DNA of 63,954 nt, filler included, from Intoshia linei (Eukaryota > Animalia > Orthonectida): NCBI GenBank assembly GCA_001642005.1. It is 3 parts of 3 records of this genome, joined end to end, with 100 filler letters (N's around TTAATTAATTAA, not from the genome) between each part and the next. Parts side by side here need not be neighbours in the genome. Positions count along the whole stretch, not along the records: positions 20,930 to 44,870 come from LWCA01000558.1; positions 44,971 to 63,954 come from LWCA01000754.1; 1 more part is not named here. One strand, given 5' to 3'. Positions 37,961 to 54,341 of the stretch are shown here, piece after piece; the stretch's first letter is position 1, and every line of letters starts with the position of its first letter. The notes beneath the pieces were generated by a model that saw only the letters and a list, made by a program, of their open reading frames with translations, did not search any database and had not been told where the DNA came from. The position numbers were made by a program, and so were the translations under genes.

Positions 37961-38427
37961 GAATTGCCTTTAATAAATATTTATATATTTTTTAAATAAA
38001 ATAAACTTACATAGATAATATTTTTATTTTATTAATTACGCTTGATACTGTTGATTTACATTGTAGACGTAAACCATTTCGGTGAAATAAATTGTATCAG
38101 TATTTTTAAATTCTCTTTCATACAAGATTCGTGAAAATTTTGATTTGAACAAATTTATTTTATTTCAGGTGTGTACTGCAGGTAACTTTTAAATTTTTTT
38201 AGATAAGATTTAAATTATGTATTTAACAATATGACAGTCATAGATAGAGAAAAAGTAAAAAAACAAGGTTGATATATCCATTTATTCATTATATTACCTT
38301 ATTTTTGCTACCCCGTATCTCGGGTACCTGACGTACACAGATACAAAAATAATATACATATTGATGCCAAGAAAAAACTATACATATGTATAATGATATG
38401 AAATAGAAAGATTTTTGTTGACTAGTG

Positions 38428-40132
38428 TTATGATTTAATATACAATTTGAAAATATTTGCATAGTAATCATTGTAAACGGATTTGTTGTGGATAATAATT
38501 TTTAATAGATTGTTGATTAATTTTTTCAAACTTTTTTGAACATGAACCAAGCCACTAAATTTTTGAAATTGATTTTCATGATATTCACCATTTTGTAAAC
38601 TAAGGAAAATAGAATCATTTATTCTTTTCCGAAACATATTTAAAGCAGGGTTAGTACTGTCTACAGAACTTTTAAATGCAACTTGTAATTGGTTCAAATA
38701 ACTATCAATTTCGGTAATGTTTGATTCTATTAGCCAGGCTGTGAGACAATCTATGCAAATATTTTTTATTCTAAATAATCCTATTTAAATTTATAAAATT
38801 AAAAATACGTTTCATCTACGATAGGCATCATTTCTTGAGTCATTTTGGTGACCAACTTATCAGACAAAGTTTGACCTTCAAATTTGGTTGTGTGACTGTC
38901 GATTTGTGTAATGATGGCATAGCAAGTATTGACTAGGTATAAGGTTAAAACAATTATTTCTTTTTTTTTCATGATATCGCACATTCTGTTTTTATCCAAA
39001 TACATGGTCTAAATTGAATGCAACCATTAACCAATTTGTATAACTAAAATTTTACTTCTGGAAAATCAGTTTCTGATATTTCGTTGTTTATTAAAAACAT
39101 GTAGGCATTATTCAATATTTTTTCTTCAGATTGGTTCTTTTCAGAGTCAAATATAAACCGTTCAAGCCATTTTTTGGTGGACAGTAATCCATCCACGTTA
39201 TTTCCTAAAATTATATTTAAATTTAAATATCCATCATGATTCATGATCAATAGACAAACCTTTTTGTATTTCTAGTAATTTTTCAAATTTACAACGTTCT
39301 AAATTGACTGATTCTTTTTTAATATAGGGTTTAATTTGACTAAACATAAAATTCGCCATATCCAATTTCATAAGTCCAATAACCAAATAAATTTTTCTAT
39401 AAAATTAGGTTAATTTAATGCAGATGAATAGATTCACTTGTATAAAGGAACAATGTCGTTAATCGTATACATACTTTTAACTAGTTCATCACGAAACGGA
39501 GAACACATGTATTCCATTGTATAAATTATTTTATTGGCAACTTTTCGGTAGTTATCTGGTGAACGGTGAGTTTCATCCAATAACAAATTTCTAATTTCAT
39601 TAATGTTAATATCACTATCAATTTTTTTAATTAAATTTTCAGAATGTTTGGGTATAAGGTCATGTTTCATAATCTAATGATAATGTTAATGTGATTACAA
39701 TATTATATACGCTTTTAATTTCCTCAATCAAAGTTATTGCGTGTTCGGTTGCTTTAATAGCATTTGTTTCAATCAATTCTGAAAAAATATCCCAGAATGC
39801 TGTTTCAGCAATTGTTCGAATCTTTTTTTCCCTAAAAATTTATTTACAATTTTCATAATAAACAATACATTTCTGTTTTTTCCAATTGTTCGATATCAAA
39901 ATCATCATTTATGGCAATTTCATGAATCAATTCCATTCTTTTAGAATCATTTTGGATCGAAAACAGTTCATCCAACATAACGTATACTATTTTAAATTAA
40001 TTGTTAAAATTACAAATAATTAAAACAAATATTTAATCAAGGATTTGCAGATGTACTGATAAATATACATTTACACTACAATTCTAATTAACTAAACATC
40101 TCGTTACCATTATTATTGATCAAACCTTCCAT
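38428..40132 (-). CDS. TCP11/SOK1 family protein, ~7-8 exons
   Basis: MELIHEIAINDDF, IAETAFWDIF, MCSPFRDE, LMKLDMANF...IKPYIKKESVNLERCKF, TKKWL, FPE|TMYLD, C-terminal IIHNKSVYNDYYANIF. Start exon uncertain. Confidence 0.85.
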
Positions 40133-41301
40133 TTTCCAATAAATTTCTAGGTAATTCTAGGTCAATCCTTTATACATCGCTATATAAACTATTCGTCATG
40201 GATGTTGTGCTTATTTTAGAATTAGAGAACTAAGATTAAAATTCATAATAATGGCATAAACTTTTTTATTTTACAATAAAGTAGATTAAATTGTTTGCTA
40301 TTCCTAGGCAGTATCCAATAAAATTTCATTTTTACACAAAATTATAACCATCACTTTCATTGATCCATAGTCCTCGTGAACTATTAATAAAATAAGACAG
40401 TAATGTTAAACAGTAGTAAACTTTTAAACATTTTCTGTCATGCACCAATAATTGTATTGTATTATACAATATGTGTTACTTATCTTTTTATGTCAGTCAA
40501 CATTGGACAACGATATAATCTGCAGAATACAATAAATAATATGATATATATCAGTACTTCTAACCTTAAAAGCCACCAACCCTTCCAACATTAAATGTTA
40601 TAATTATAATTATGAAGAAGCTTCATTGAAGGTTAAAATATATTTAGCCTTTAAATAAAATAAGATAAATAGACGTAAAATATTAAAAACCTATGAGTTA
40701 TGGATCCAACTTTGACAGTATTGCATTTAACGTTGGCTTAAAAAATCAAGGTTGAATTGTGAAGGCATGATTCTAGAGAAAAATTCATAATCCGTTATAC
40801 ATGACCATTATTATACCAATATTGTCAAACGAGGTGGCGTGAATGCATAATACAGTGTTCTCCAAAGTGGATTGTCCGTCAAGGGTTTGATTTATTTGGG
40901 TCTCGCGAGATATTTTGATATCATTATTTGAGAGAAATTACAACATTATCCAATTGAATAAAATGAGAAAAAATAATGTTAAAAATATTTATTATTGCCA
41001 TCGGTAAATATCATTAATTTTTGATTGCGATGACGAAGTATATTTTTTGATTATATAATAATGATACATGAAAATAAGTTAATTAATAAATTAATTCGAT
41101 TATAATAACTAAAACAAACTATTGATAAGTATCACTTATATATAAACTTTTCATTGAAAGTCACCGATGACTTGATAAAAAATAGTTAAAAACTAAAAAA
41201 CCAATGGATAATTATAATTAAAACAAATTACGATGTAAATGACTATACATAAGTCCATTTTTAATATATTACAATAAATCTAATCAACATAAAATAAAAT
41301 A

Positions 41302-43894
<2,593 letters not shown>

Positions 43895-44349
43895 TCACAA
43901 CTATTCATCGTAAAATTAATACGAGGTCATGAAATAACTAAATTATAACGTTATGAGAATGTGGGCTGTCAACTTAAATCAAAAATGTAAATTTAAAATA
44001 GGATTCGTCTGAAAACGTATCAAAAGGTTAATCTAATTGAAAAATGAAAACAATTGCAATTGGTTGCCCATTTTTTCGTAAGCCATATTAATAGAATATA
44101 CGCCAAATGAATCATCAGCCGCCATATTATTGAAAAATAAGCTAAATTTTTTATTAAAACGCCAAATTAATCAATACACGCCAATAAAAAAATAAACGTA
44201 ATAAAGATCAGAAAAAGGATATTAAAAAATTAAAATGATTACTTATACCCTTTTATATGTATTAAAATTCGTTTGAATGCTGACATGATTTATACGAATA
44301 ACACGTTATTAATAACTTTATAAATACTAAAAACTTTATTTAATCATAT

Positions 44350-44870
44350 TTCCATTTTCTTACGTGAATAATAAGGCGCAGAAGCTTTCGTTGTAACTTT
44401 CTTTAATCTTCCACGCTTCTTTTTTTATTCAGAGGCACATTAATTAGATGCAGCATATTCTTCAATTTAAGCACAAAATAAACATGTAAAGACCTCTTAA
44501 GCTTGACGAAATCATAGCAACTACAGTATAGATCCTCCAGGTCTCAATAGAATTTTCAGAAATAACGCATGAATAAAGTCTCCACAATTCTTTGAACTCT
44601 TTCACTGACTTTGATCTAATGAAAAGAGCATTAGAAATCTCATCTTCCCTTTTAACAGATTCACACTTTGTATTATTAATAAACCAATGTTGAGTTCTAG
44701 AAATATCATTTTCAACAATAATTTTAGTACATACAAGTAGTATATTCTCCAAATTTTGATCACTGTATGTATAATTGACCAAGAGGTCTACAGATTTTAT
44801 TGATGATGTATGGATAATGCTAGTAAGCTTTTCAGTTATATTTGCTATAGTTATAACTGTTTGGTTAAGA
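44350..44870 (-). pseudogene. Decayed ORF, possibly a Mutator-like transposase C-terminus
   Basis: Long open frame running into the gap, Cys-containing segment then KKRGRLKK basic motif. Adjacent CGCCA-repeat block at 44100-44190 resembles MULE subterminal repeats. Not kinase-like. Confidence 0.3.
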
Positions 44871-44970
44871 NNNNNNNNNNNNNNNNNNNNNNNNNNNNNN
44901 NNNNNNNNNNNNNNTTAATTAATTAANNNNNNNNNNNNNNNNNNNNNNNNNNNNNNNNNNNNNNNNNNNN
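44871..44970. other. Assembly gap (N-run with TTAATTAATTAA spacer)
   Basis: Same 100-nt block as 20830-20929. Confidence 0.95.
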
Positions 44971-45094
44971 AAATAATTAAATCGTATAACAAAATGTTTT
45001 ATTACTTCGTGTCACATTTTTCATTCATAAAAATAGACCATTTTTTGGGGTCTGCGAGCGTTTACGTTATAAAAAAGCGCGAGCACTAACGGGT

Positions 45095-45315
45095 TAAGGA
45101 AAAAACTGCTTTTATAATATTTTTTTGAAAAATTCCTTAATCTGACCCTAAAAAAAAAAACCTAATTTCACCAACCCTTAAAGAAAAATCCCTATCTGAC
45201 CCCAAAAGAAAAAACCTAATTTTACCAAACCTTAAGGAAAAAACCGCTTTTATCAATATTTTTTTGAAAAATGCCTCAATCTGACCCCAAAAGAAAAAAC
45301 CTAATTTTACCAAAA
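45095..45315 (-). repeat. Tandem-unit repeat family (AACCTAATTTTACCAA / CTGACCCCAAAAG units)
   Basis: Three to four imperfect units. Same family at ~27090-27390, 32630-32760, 55505-55750 and 57930-58860. Confidence 0.75.
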
Positions 45316-45423
45316 ATATTATAATTTTAAATTGTTCAGAACGCCGTACCAAATCGTCAATAAGGCCACATTTTCCCGCCTATGATCTACACTGTAGATT
45401 CTAGTGTAGAAAATCAAATTTAC

Positions 45424-45791
45424 CTCATAAGAAATTGATTCCTTATTCAAGTAATGAAAATATGTATTTTCAATAACATACTCGGAAAACAACCAAAATA
45501 ATGACATTATTTTAAAATATAATACAACCTAAAATTAGTTAAAATAATGAATAACGGATTCCTTACACATATTTCGAGGTGTTGATATGTACCATGAATA
45601 ATATCGAATCTCAACTTGTCTCTTTCATATTTATAAGCTTTATCCATTTTTTCATTAGATAAATAGGGTTTTAATCTTGATGGAACCTTTTGATTTTTTA
45701 AACTAACCAAAATTTGTCTGTATCGTAAATAAATTTCCCATAGATAACTACACGTGATGGTCACAAAAATAAATTGGATAACGTATTCCAT
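45424..45791 (-). CDS. ZMPSTE24: CAAX prenyl protease 1 (STE24), first two exons
   Basis: MEYVIQFIFVTITCSYLWEIYLRYRQ...KVPSRLKPYLSNEKMDKAYKYERDKLRF (Peptidase M48 N-terminal: YLWETFLAQRQ...VP...FEKSRLYQLDK). Remaining exons are presumably in the gap. Confidence 0.8.
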
Positions 45792-46680
45792 TTATTGCAA
45801 TAGCATGTATATATTAATAGTCATACTTTAATTTAAACTTTTCATTTATTGTCAGTAATTTATTGGTATGAATACTATGAATTTTTGACAAGATTCTTGT
45901 CACAAGAATATCTGTAAGACAGTCTTGATGGAATTGAGTGAAAATTACGTGGCGTTTATTGTTTATTGAACTATATTTCATCTTAATCCAGAAATAAGAC
46001 ATCTACCAGCAGATGAAGATTATCACCTTCCTATTTGTAAATATCTTTTTAGACAATTTAACCCTTTCACTGTCCAGTGACATTTTATATACTTTCACCA
46101 CACGTCTGGAATTTATGTATTAATTTAAACTTGTATTATTTAAGTTTACTTTATGTGCTAAGGTAGTGCGACCAGAAGTACGACTTTTGGCACTGTTCCA
46201 AAGTCGTACTTTCGACGTACTTTTCAAAACTAAATAAACTTATAAATTGAAATTTAACTTAAATGTTCATTTTTTTATTGAAAAATTAATCAAAAATATA
46301 TTATGTTTCTAAGCAATAAAAGTACTACTTTTAGTACGACAAAAATATGGTCAGCCTAGCTAAAAACAGATCTAATCTTTCAGACTAAATTTGATAACAT
46401 TAAATTAATTAACTTGAGTTTCAGTAAATAGGTTTAATGTAGTTTAGATCAACCATATCATTCCATATAACTATTTTTTCGAAATAAACTAATGTCTCAG
46501 AATCAATACATACACCTAAACACGATTAAATGTTTCAATTCAATAATTATGATTTATGAAAGATTAGAATATTATATTATCGTCACATATAATATACTAT
46601 TACCTAGGATAAAAAATTTAATTTTCGTTAATTCACGATAACATTGAATTTATACTTTTTATTCAAAATTGAATTATAGC

Positions 46681-49600
46681 ATGACTTTGGATTCTTTCAA
46701 TTTAGGACTGGATGTAATGACCAACACAGAAAACAACGAATCGATAGATTTAGAGCAGATTAACATAGATAGATCAAACTACAAGTAATAAAAGTTAAGC
46801 AAAATAAAATATATTGTAGTTTCGATTTTACTGTTTCCCCGTGTTTTTACGGTGGAAAAGAACCAAAAGGAAAACAATATAATGAACTATACCCAATTTG
46901 TGGTTCTGATAGAGTTTTAAACAATGAAGGTTTAAAAAAGTTGAAAGTTGTATAAGTATAATTTAATAGTTTGGACTTCTCACGTAATAATAAAAATTCC
47001 GTTATGGATAACTCAAGGAATAATATCCAATAAAAATAATGAAAAATATTATAATGTAAAAATTTGAAAACTTCAATCATTTTATTTTAGTATTTGAACA
47101 ATGAACTAGATTTTGCAAAATATGTTGGATCGAATGGAGTGATTATACCTATTGATTTAGAAAATATTAATACTGACTTTTTCTTATTTCTCTTAAGGAA
47201 ATGCGACAATAATACTCAGAATGTAATTTTAACTAATTATAATTTTAATATGTAATATTTATACAGTACTTGCTTCAATTCAAATTATCAAATGATTTGA
47301 CAATACAAGAAAGTATACAATTGAGATTAAAGTATTTTTTATTGCTTCTATAATTTATATTCTTTAATTTTGAACATTAGATGCCAGAGAATTAGAAAAA
47401 TGCTCAAAAATTCTTGTAAAATTTTATTTGCCTTGGAATTTGGAACCAACTCGCTTGGAAATGAAATGTATAATTGGTTGAGTGAAAACATTGCCACTGT
47501 TATAGTTCCAACCGATATTTTTTTAACAAACAAAGGAGGATTTCCAGTACTTTCTAAACACCACAAAAACATTGTCAAAAGATTTATTCATGTTTGTTTT
47601 ATGATTTGTTTATTGCAAATTTTGTTTTTAGTCTTGCAAAACAATCATTCTTAGAGGGCCTTGTTTGTATGATAATAAGACTTATAATATTTATCAAGCA
47701 TATTTTGGTCATTTGCATAAGGTTTTTATTTTTTATAAAAGTTTTAATATACAATTGTAATCATCTTATATTTAGTCCATTGAAGGACTTTGTAAAAGTG
47801 AAACATACTCTTTTGGCTATGAAGATATGTTAATGGATCCCTTGCAGGTATTAACTTGAAAATTACATTAAATTGTATGTCATTGACAAAATATACACAC
47901 TTTTTTAGCCATTGTCCGACAATTTGTCAATGTATACTTACAACGTTTTTGAGTTGGACGATACAAAATACAATGCTTATTACGAGGTTTATTTTGGTTG
48001 TGTCAATCATAAAATTACTTGGGTTGTAAGGACTACTTTTTATGATATATATTTTATATTTTAAAAAAATTAAAATGTCAATGACAAAATTTTCTTTACT
48101 TGTATTGGGCCAACAAGGTCTCAAAGTTTTCAAACACTTGTATTAATTGACACTGTATATATGAATTGTTAATAAATATTATGTATGCATTAATTTTATA
48201 TCTAGGCCATTAAAGCAGCTATCAAGGACAAACCTAATTGCGAGTATATTTTTTAGTTACCATTTAAGTTTTAATGATTTCACATGTTCAAGGTTGCATA
48301 TACCGAAACCGGAAATGACTTAACTTTATCCGCATTGAAAATGTCCATGAAACACTGGTTCTGATTGTTTTGTTTAGGGTCTTCTAATATCACAAAATTA
48401 ATTTAGCTGTAAAAAAATATTTTAAATTTTACTTCAAAATGTGGTACAGGCTTCGTATTTTAGAATATTTAGAATTTTTAATAAAAGACATGCTAGTTTG
48501 TATAAATTGTTCGTATACTCATTGTTCCAAATTGAATTTAGTTATATTTATTTAATATCAGAGTTTAATTTTCATTATTATACACACACCAAAATTTATG
48601 GTGTCATGTTGATTTTCAATAACCCAGTATCTACTAAAGTTCACAATGAAATGAGCTGATTTTTAAAGTTCAAAATTTTAATTAAATTTTAATAATTATG
48701 TGCACCTCAACTTTTTTTCAATTTTGGGATAGGAAGGAGAGTTTTGCAAACAGGTCCGAAGCACCACTGGACATCAAATCCGGATAATGAGCTTTTGTAA
48801 ATTTGTTAGTTAAAAATGTTGTTCGTATTAGTGTTTGGATTAAATGTCTAATTGAAGAATTAAATTAAAGAATAAATCGGATTAAAGAATCTTAGTGAAC
48901 TATCGTTATTGATTGAAATTTAAAGGTCGTGCTTCGAATCCAGTTGCAGAACTCTATTTCTACTAGACTCGAAGGTGTACTGAATACCACTGTTAAATTT
49001 TTTAAGAGGATTTTATGACCAAGAGCTTAGCTTTCCGTTTGGTAAATGTATCTTTAATTAAAATTATATAATTTATTATTATTAAATCTATTACAATTGA
49101 ACTTGAAATTGTTGCTTTTGATGGGTTAAAAATTAATTTTAGATTTGTCTGCATTTTGGGAGGAGGTGTAGTATTATTATTTTAAATTTGAAAATGTGTT
49201 ATAGGCAGAGGACCCATAGTTACGAAAGTAGTAGAAGCAGTAAACGATATGAATTCCGATGCTAAAGTCATTGTTGTTGAAAAGAACCCTAATGCCATAA
49301 TAACGTAATATTATCCTAACTTATATAATATGCTACGCGATTGTCGACTTTTGAAGCGACATGATAAATTTGTGCAAACGAAAAAATAGAGGAATTTTTG
49401 GATTACTACCTACATTAAAAATTTATTTATAATATCGGGTCCGAAAATAAAATATCTTAAAATTAATAATAATAAAATAATTATACTGTTCAATAATGGG
49501 TACAGCATCCGTTTTTTTCAATAACTTTAAAAATTCAACTTGGCAACGAATTAACAGCGATATTAATTACATATTCAAACTTAATAAAACAATGCAAAAG

Positions 49601-51623
49601 TAACCAGGTATATTATAAATTGATGAAAAAATTGTTATTCTTAATCAGGTCACGAATAATATAAAATAGTTGAAGGGGCTATAGACTGAAAAAGGTTGAA
49701 AACCACAGCTTTAAACAGTCTACATATAATTATTATTCTGTAACACCTTTAACATTTTACCGCGATTTTGGTCAAAGAATAGTTTAATCATTAAAAATTC
49801 CGCTTAAACCTTCTAGAAAGTGTAATATTAAGATAAAAATATATTGGATGTATATTTTAAAACCATCATACTATATTTCATTATTTATAGTTTAAAAGAC
49901 GTTAATTCGAAGGAATGGAATAATAAAGTAAAGATAATTTTGGGAGATATGCGCGATCCTAAAATTTTAGACCGGAAGGTCGATATTATTGTTAGTGAAC
50001 TTTTGGGTTCTTTCTCTGATAATGAATTGTCTCCCGAATGTTTAGATGTAGCAATGTCAAATATTTTGAAAGGTAGTCGTTTTTAATTAATAATGTTAAG
50101 GCATTATTAAATACATTTGGTCATAGGGGTAGATACCTACACATATCAACGTTATTTAATTTTTACCGGTTGCGAGTTCTAATATAGCTTTGTGTAAAAG
50201 GTTGAAAATCCATGTTTTAGAATTTATTCATTTAAAAATTTTTGTATAAATCCATTGTAAATTCCAAAAAGTATTTAAAACTTTGAATTGAAAAAATATG
50301 TAGCTATCGAGGGCGTATATCTAATAACTACCAAATGTATTTACATATTATAATTCCAATATTTATGATTTTTTTGATAGATGATGGAATTAGTATTCCT
50401 AGCAGTTATTTATCTTACATTACACCCATTTCTTCTGCTAAAATGTGGATTAATGCTAATCAATACTCTTCTTGTAACGATGAGGTAAGTAAAATAAAAC
50501 AATAATATAATTTTAGGTTAACCATGAACGTATATACGTAGTAAAATCATGGTCATCAACCAATTTGTCTAAAACCCAGCCTTTATTTGAATTTATTCAT
50601 TCACGTAATTGTTTTACTTTTAAATTACCATGTTCAGTGAACAATGTTCACTATTTAATTTTATCGGGAATAATGCATACAATGTATGCCATACATGTCA
50701 GACCAACATTGTTGGTTCTTGATACATGGCCAATTCACCACATCTGAGGTATAACTTTATACTTGCATATATTAATATATTATCTTCGAAAATGGCTAAA
50801 AAGTATGTTGTTAGATAATTACAATTTTAGCCAACACAGAAATAATCAATTCAGAAACACAGAATAGGTACAAATCACTTGTATTTAACATTGACGTTGA
50901 CGCTGAATTCCATGGATTTTTGGGATACTTTAGTTGCATCTTGTACAAAAATATTTCACTAGGTAATTTTTATTCTCATCAATATTATTTTTATATTTTA
51001 ATTTAGAAACTACACCTGAAAATCACACGAAGGGATTGTTTAGTTGGTTTCCGATGTATATACCAATTGTAGTAATATTTTGAAATTTTCAAAATTAGAC
51101 CCCTGTCACACAGCTGATGGACAAAATATTTTTCACATATTGACCTCCGGGCAGAATTAAAAATTTTCAATTTTATTTTTTGGGACCGATACTGATCATA
51201 ATCATGTGTTATCAGGTGTATGACACTGTCGGGTACCAACCATAAAATGACGAGACAGTGTTAATGTTAATGACTGACGTTATTTTTAATGTTTATAAAA
51301 TAAGATATATTTAAAAATACTTTTTCTTTGGGACCAATATTATTCATGTTTAGTTTAATGTTATAAAATCTAAATTTTTCCAGGGACCACGTTGATAATA
51401 CCGAGTCTGTATCAAACTGATTGGGATAGTATTTTGATTTTTAATGTTTATCTAGGAACCAATTGTACTCAAAAAGGATGATATACTAACGGTTGAATTT
51501 TGGAGAAGAAGCGACAATATTAAAATGTGGTATGAATGGATTATAAATACGCCTGTCCAATCAAATATTCATAATTTTAATGGAGATTCATATAAAGTAA
51601 ACAAAATTTGTAAAAATATTTAA
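46681..51623 (+). CDS. PRMT5: Protein arginine N-methyltransferase 5, multi-exon
   Basis: NFDFTVSP, GSDRVL...WTS, IFLTNKGGFPVLSKHHK, GYEDMLMDPLQ|PLSDNLSMYTYNVFELD..KY, ILGGG|RGPIV, VEKNPNA, GDMR, DIIVSELLGSFSDNELSPECLD, DGISIPSSY, HGFLGYF, LFSWFP, MWYEW...IHNFNG. Confidence 0.95.
48739..48954. mobile_element. Small TIR element in a PRMT5 intron
   Basis: Imperfect ~25-bp inverted ends GAGTTTTGCAAACAGGTCCGAAGCAC / GTGCTTCGAATCCAGTTGCAGAACTC. Confidence 0.45.
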
Positions 51624-52060
51624 ATTAAATTATTTAAATCAGGAATTTGTTTATCTTTTTAAAAATTATCAATAATTGATATCGTTTTAAATTTTTTTAA
51701 TCTAATTATAAATTGAAAAATTAACGACTCACAAATATACATACGTGTCTTGACCGGATATCACCGTCAAGTAAAACATATACTCACGGGTCGCACTATA
51801 TAAAAGATATATACAATTCTATTGCGTAATTTTTTTATTATTTTGGAATTTTAGGTTAAAATACAAATGTAAAATAAATATTTTAAGAAATTAGTTAATA
51901 ATAATAACAATAATGTTTACTAACAATCAGTAAATTAAAACATCAAGTTGATGTCATCAATCAATAAATACAATAATTATTGTGAATCATAACTATAGTG
52001 CGTAACTACAGTTTAAAAAAATCTAATTTGAAAATGTATAAATAATATAATAATAATAAT

Positions 52061-53522
52061 ATGGGTAATATTAATTTAAAAAAAAAAAAGAATTGGAAAT
52101 ACATAATAAAATTAGATAATTGGGCAAAATTTGATACACCCAAGTCAAAAAAAGAGCAAGAAACCATGATTGAATCTGAAAATGTAGACATGGATAAAAT
52201 TGCTAATAAAGATTTATCAGACCTTGATAAGATATTCACTATTAACGATAGTCAAATGAAATTGTACAATTATCATTTTAGCAGATTGGTAGATACCCCT
52301 GCGTCAATATATAACTCACTGAAAAAAGACTCTACTGTTGAATTTGTTACTCGTAATATATTAAATTTCTTTTTCATGTATTTTATAAACATTGATAAAT
52401 CAAACTTTTCATTTAGTCGATGAAGCATTAATTTTTTTTGAAAATTTCAAATTAAACCAAACTGATATTGCGGAAATTTTGTAATTTATATTCACTAAAT
52501 TTATAAAAATTAATACATTACAAGTTGTATATTAAAATTAATCTATTAGCATAATGTTAATTTAGGGAATTGGCTGACATAACTAACGATTGTTTAGAAA
52601 GAAAACAATTTTGCGTAGCTTTGCACAACATTGCTTGTAGATACAAAAATATACCTCTAGGTGTGATTCAATCCCATCACAATAAAAACAAAATAAACAC
52701 AAAGGAAAAGAAAGATACAGTTATTATAAATGTAAAAAATATTTATTGTGAACTACTTTAGGATTGGCAACCCATACAAAATACTAGAAAATATACATTG
52801 GACGATGTAAGTTTATTTGATGATGCTGAGTTTCAAATTGATCAAAATTTTTCTACCACCTCCAAAAGCGACAGCTCTGCTCTCCATGATGCTTTAAATG
52901 TAATAAATAATATATATCATTTTTACACGTTTATATAGAAAGTTCAGAGTGATGTTCAAGACAGAGGTGAATTTAAAAATAATTTTTTATTTTTGTTTAG
53001 ATTCAAAACGTAGAAAATCAGAAATGACTGTCGATCTGGTAGAAAAGTAACTATATTACTTAAACCATTCATTACATTACTAACGGTCCTGGAAATAAAA
53101 AATTGGAAATTGTTTGGGGGCATGAGAACATTGATATTATTTTTACAGTTTGCCCTGAAGTACACTGTACAATTGTATTAAAAGCAGAATGTGTAATGGA
53201 AAAATGGTCCATAAAGTTAATTTGGTCACTTGGCGTAAAAAATTACAATAATGTCGCGAGGTGTGCAACGGGTGCCAACGCCGGTACTATAATTATTTTT
53301 TAAGTTGGTTTATCAATAGACGTTGGGAATGGCTGCATTATAGGATTGATAAATTTATTTAATGTTTAAAATAGAACTACTGATCTTTATATAAACCAAA
53401 CCAGTAAGAATCAAAAATTGAAAGAAACCGTACAAAAACTATTCTCTGAATTCACATCAATTATTGAAACCAAAATTGATTTACAAATTCAGTTGGAAAA
53501 TCTCCAATCTGAGCATGACTAA
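52061..53522 (+). CDS. Minimal REPS1/REPS2-like EH-domain endocytic adaptor
   Basis: M|DNWAKFD, FTINDSQMKLYNYHF...EIL|WELADITNDCLERKQFCVALHNIACRYKNIPL (EH domain; cf. WELSD...EFCAAFHLVVARKNGYDLP). C-terminal coiled coil ETKIDLQIQLENL (cf. EERISLEVQLEQL). Confidence 0.72.
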
Positions 53523-54341
53523 TATATTACTTGTCATTTATGGATATATATATACAATAATTTATTGTGCATTTTAAATAAATTTTTTCATTGGATTTTT
53601 CATTCAACAATATTCAATTTTTATTACAACGTGTTTTGATACAATTTTGTATCAATTTATTTAGAATTACTGTTTTGTAATTAATTTGAAAATCCAAGAA
53701 ACGAGATATAAACAATTCAATTTTTTAAATGTATAATTGGTAATTTTCAAAATCAAAATGAAATTGGGTCATACCTACCCAGTCAATTTTAATGTCACAA
53801 TATCGGTTGCAACATCGAAGCGTATATTTAAAAATATATAATATTAAACGGCTGGTTTTTTAATTATTAACTGGATATTTAATTCATTTATTATGGATTT
53901 TTTAGGTTGCAATTTTTTTAAATAAAACGATAATAATCTGCTTTTTTTTACATTTTGTGCATTTTGAATAATAAATAATAATAATTTATGTTATAAATTT
54001 CTGAACACACACAATATGCGCTTCTAAAAAGCATATCAGATAGACAAAGATTGTTTAGCAGGTTAAATATTATTATGAAAAATAAATAAAAAAGTAATTA
54101 CAAATTTTGCTGATGGTTGCTAAAATTACTCAGGGTTTCAAGTCAATGATGTTTAATATAAATAAGTATTAATATGTGATGTTTATAAGTAAATTCTAAA
54201 AAGTTTTACATGGCTGACTATTTTTACCGGTACTGTGTCAGCCCCTTCGAATCTTAGGTATAATTAATGATTTATTTTAATTGAGTGTATAATTTACATT
54301 GTACACAATATATATTATTAATGAATAAAAATTAATTTTAG

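Noticed and set aside
53800-54130. RFX X-box motifs upstream of the ciliary CFAP92-like gene (GTTGCAAC, GTTGCTAAAATTAC)
   Set aside because: Only half-site matches and the transcription start is undefined; too weak to call.
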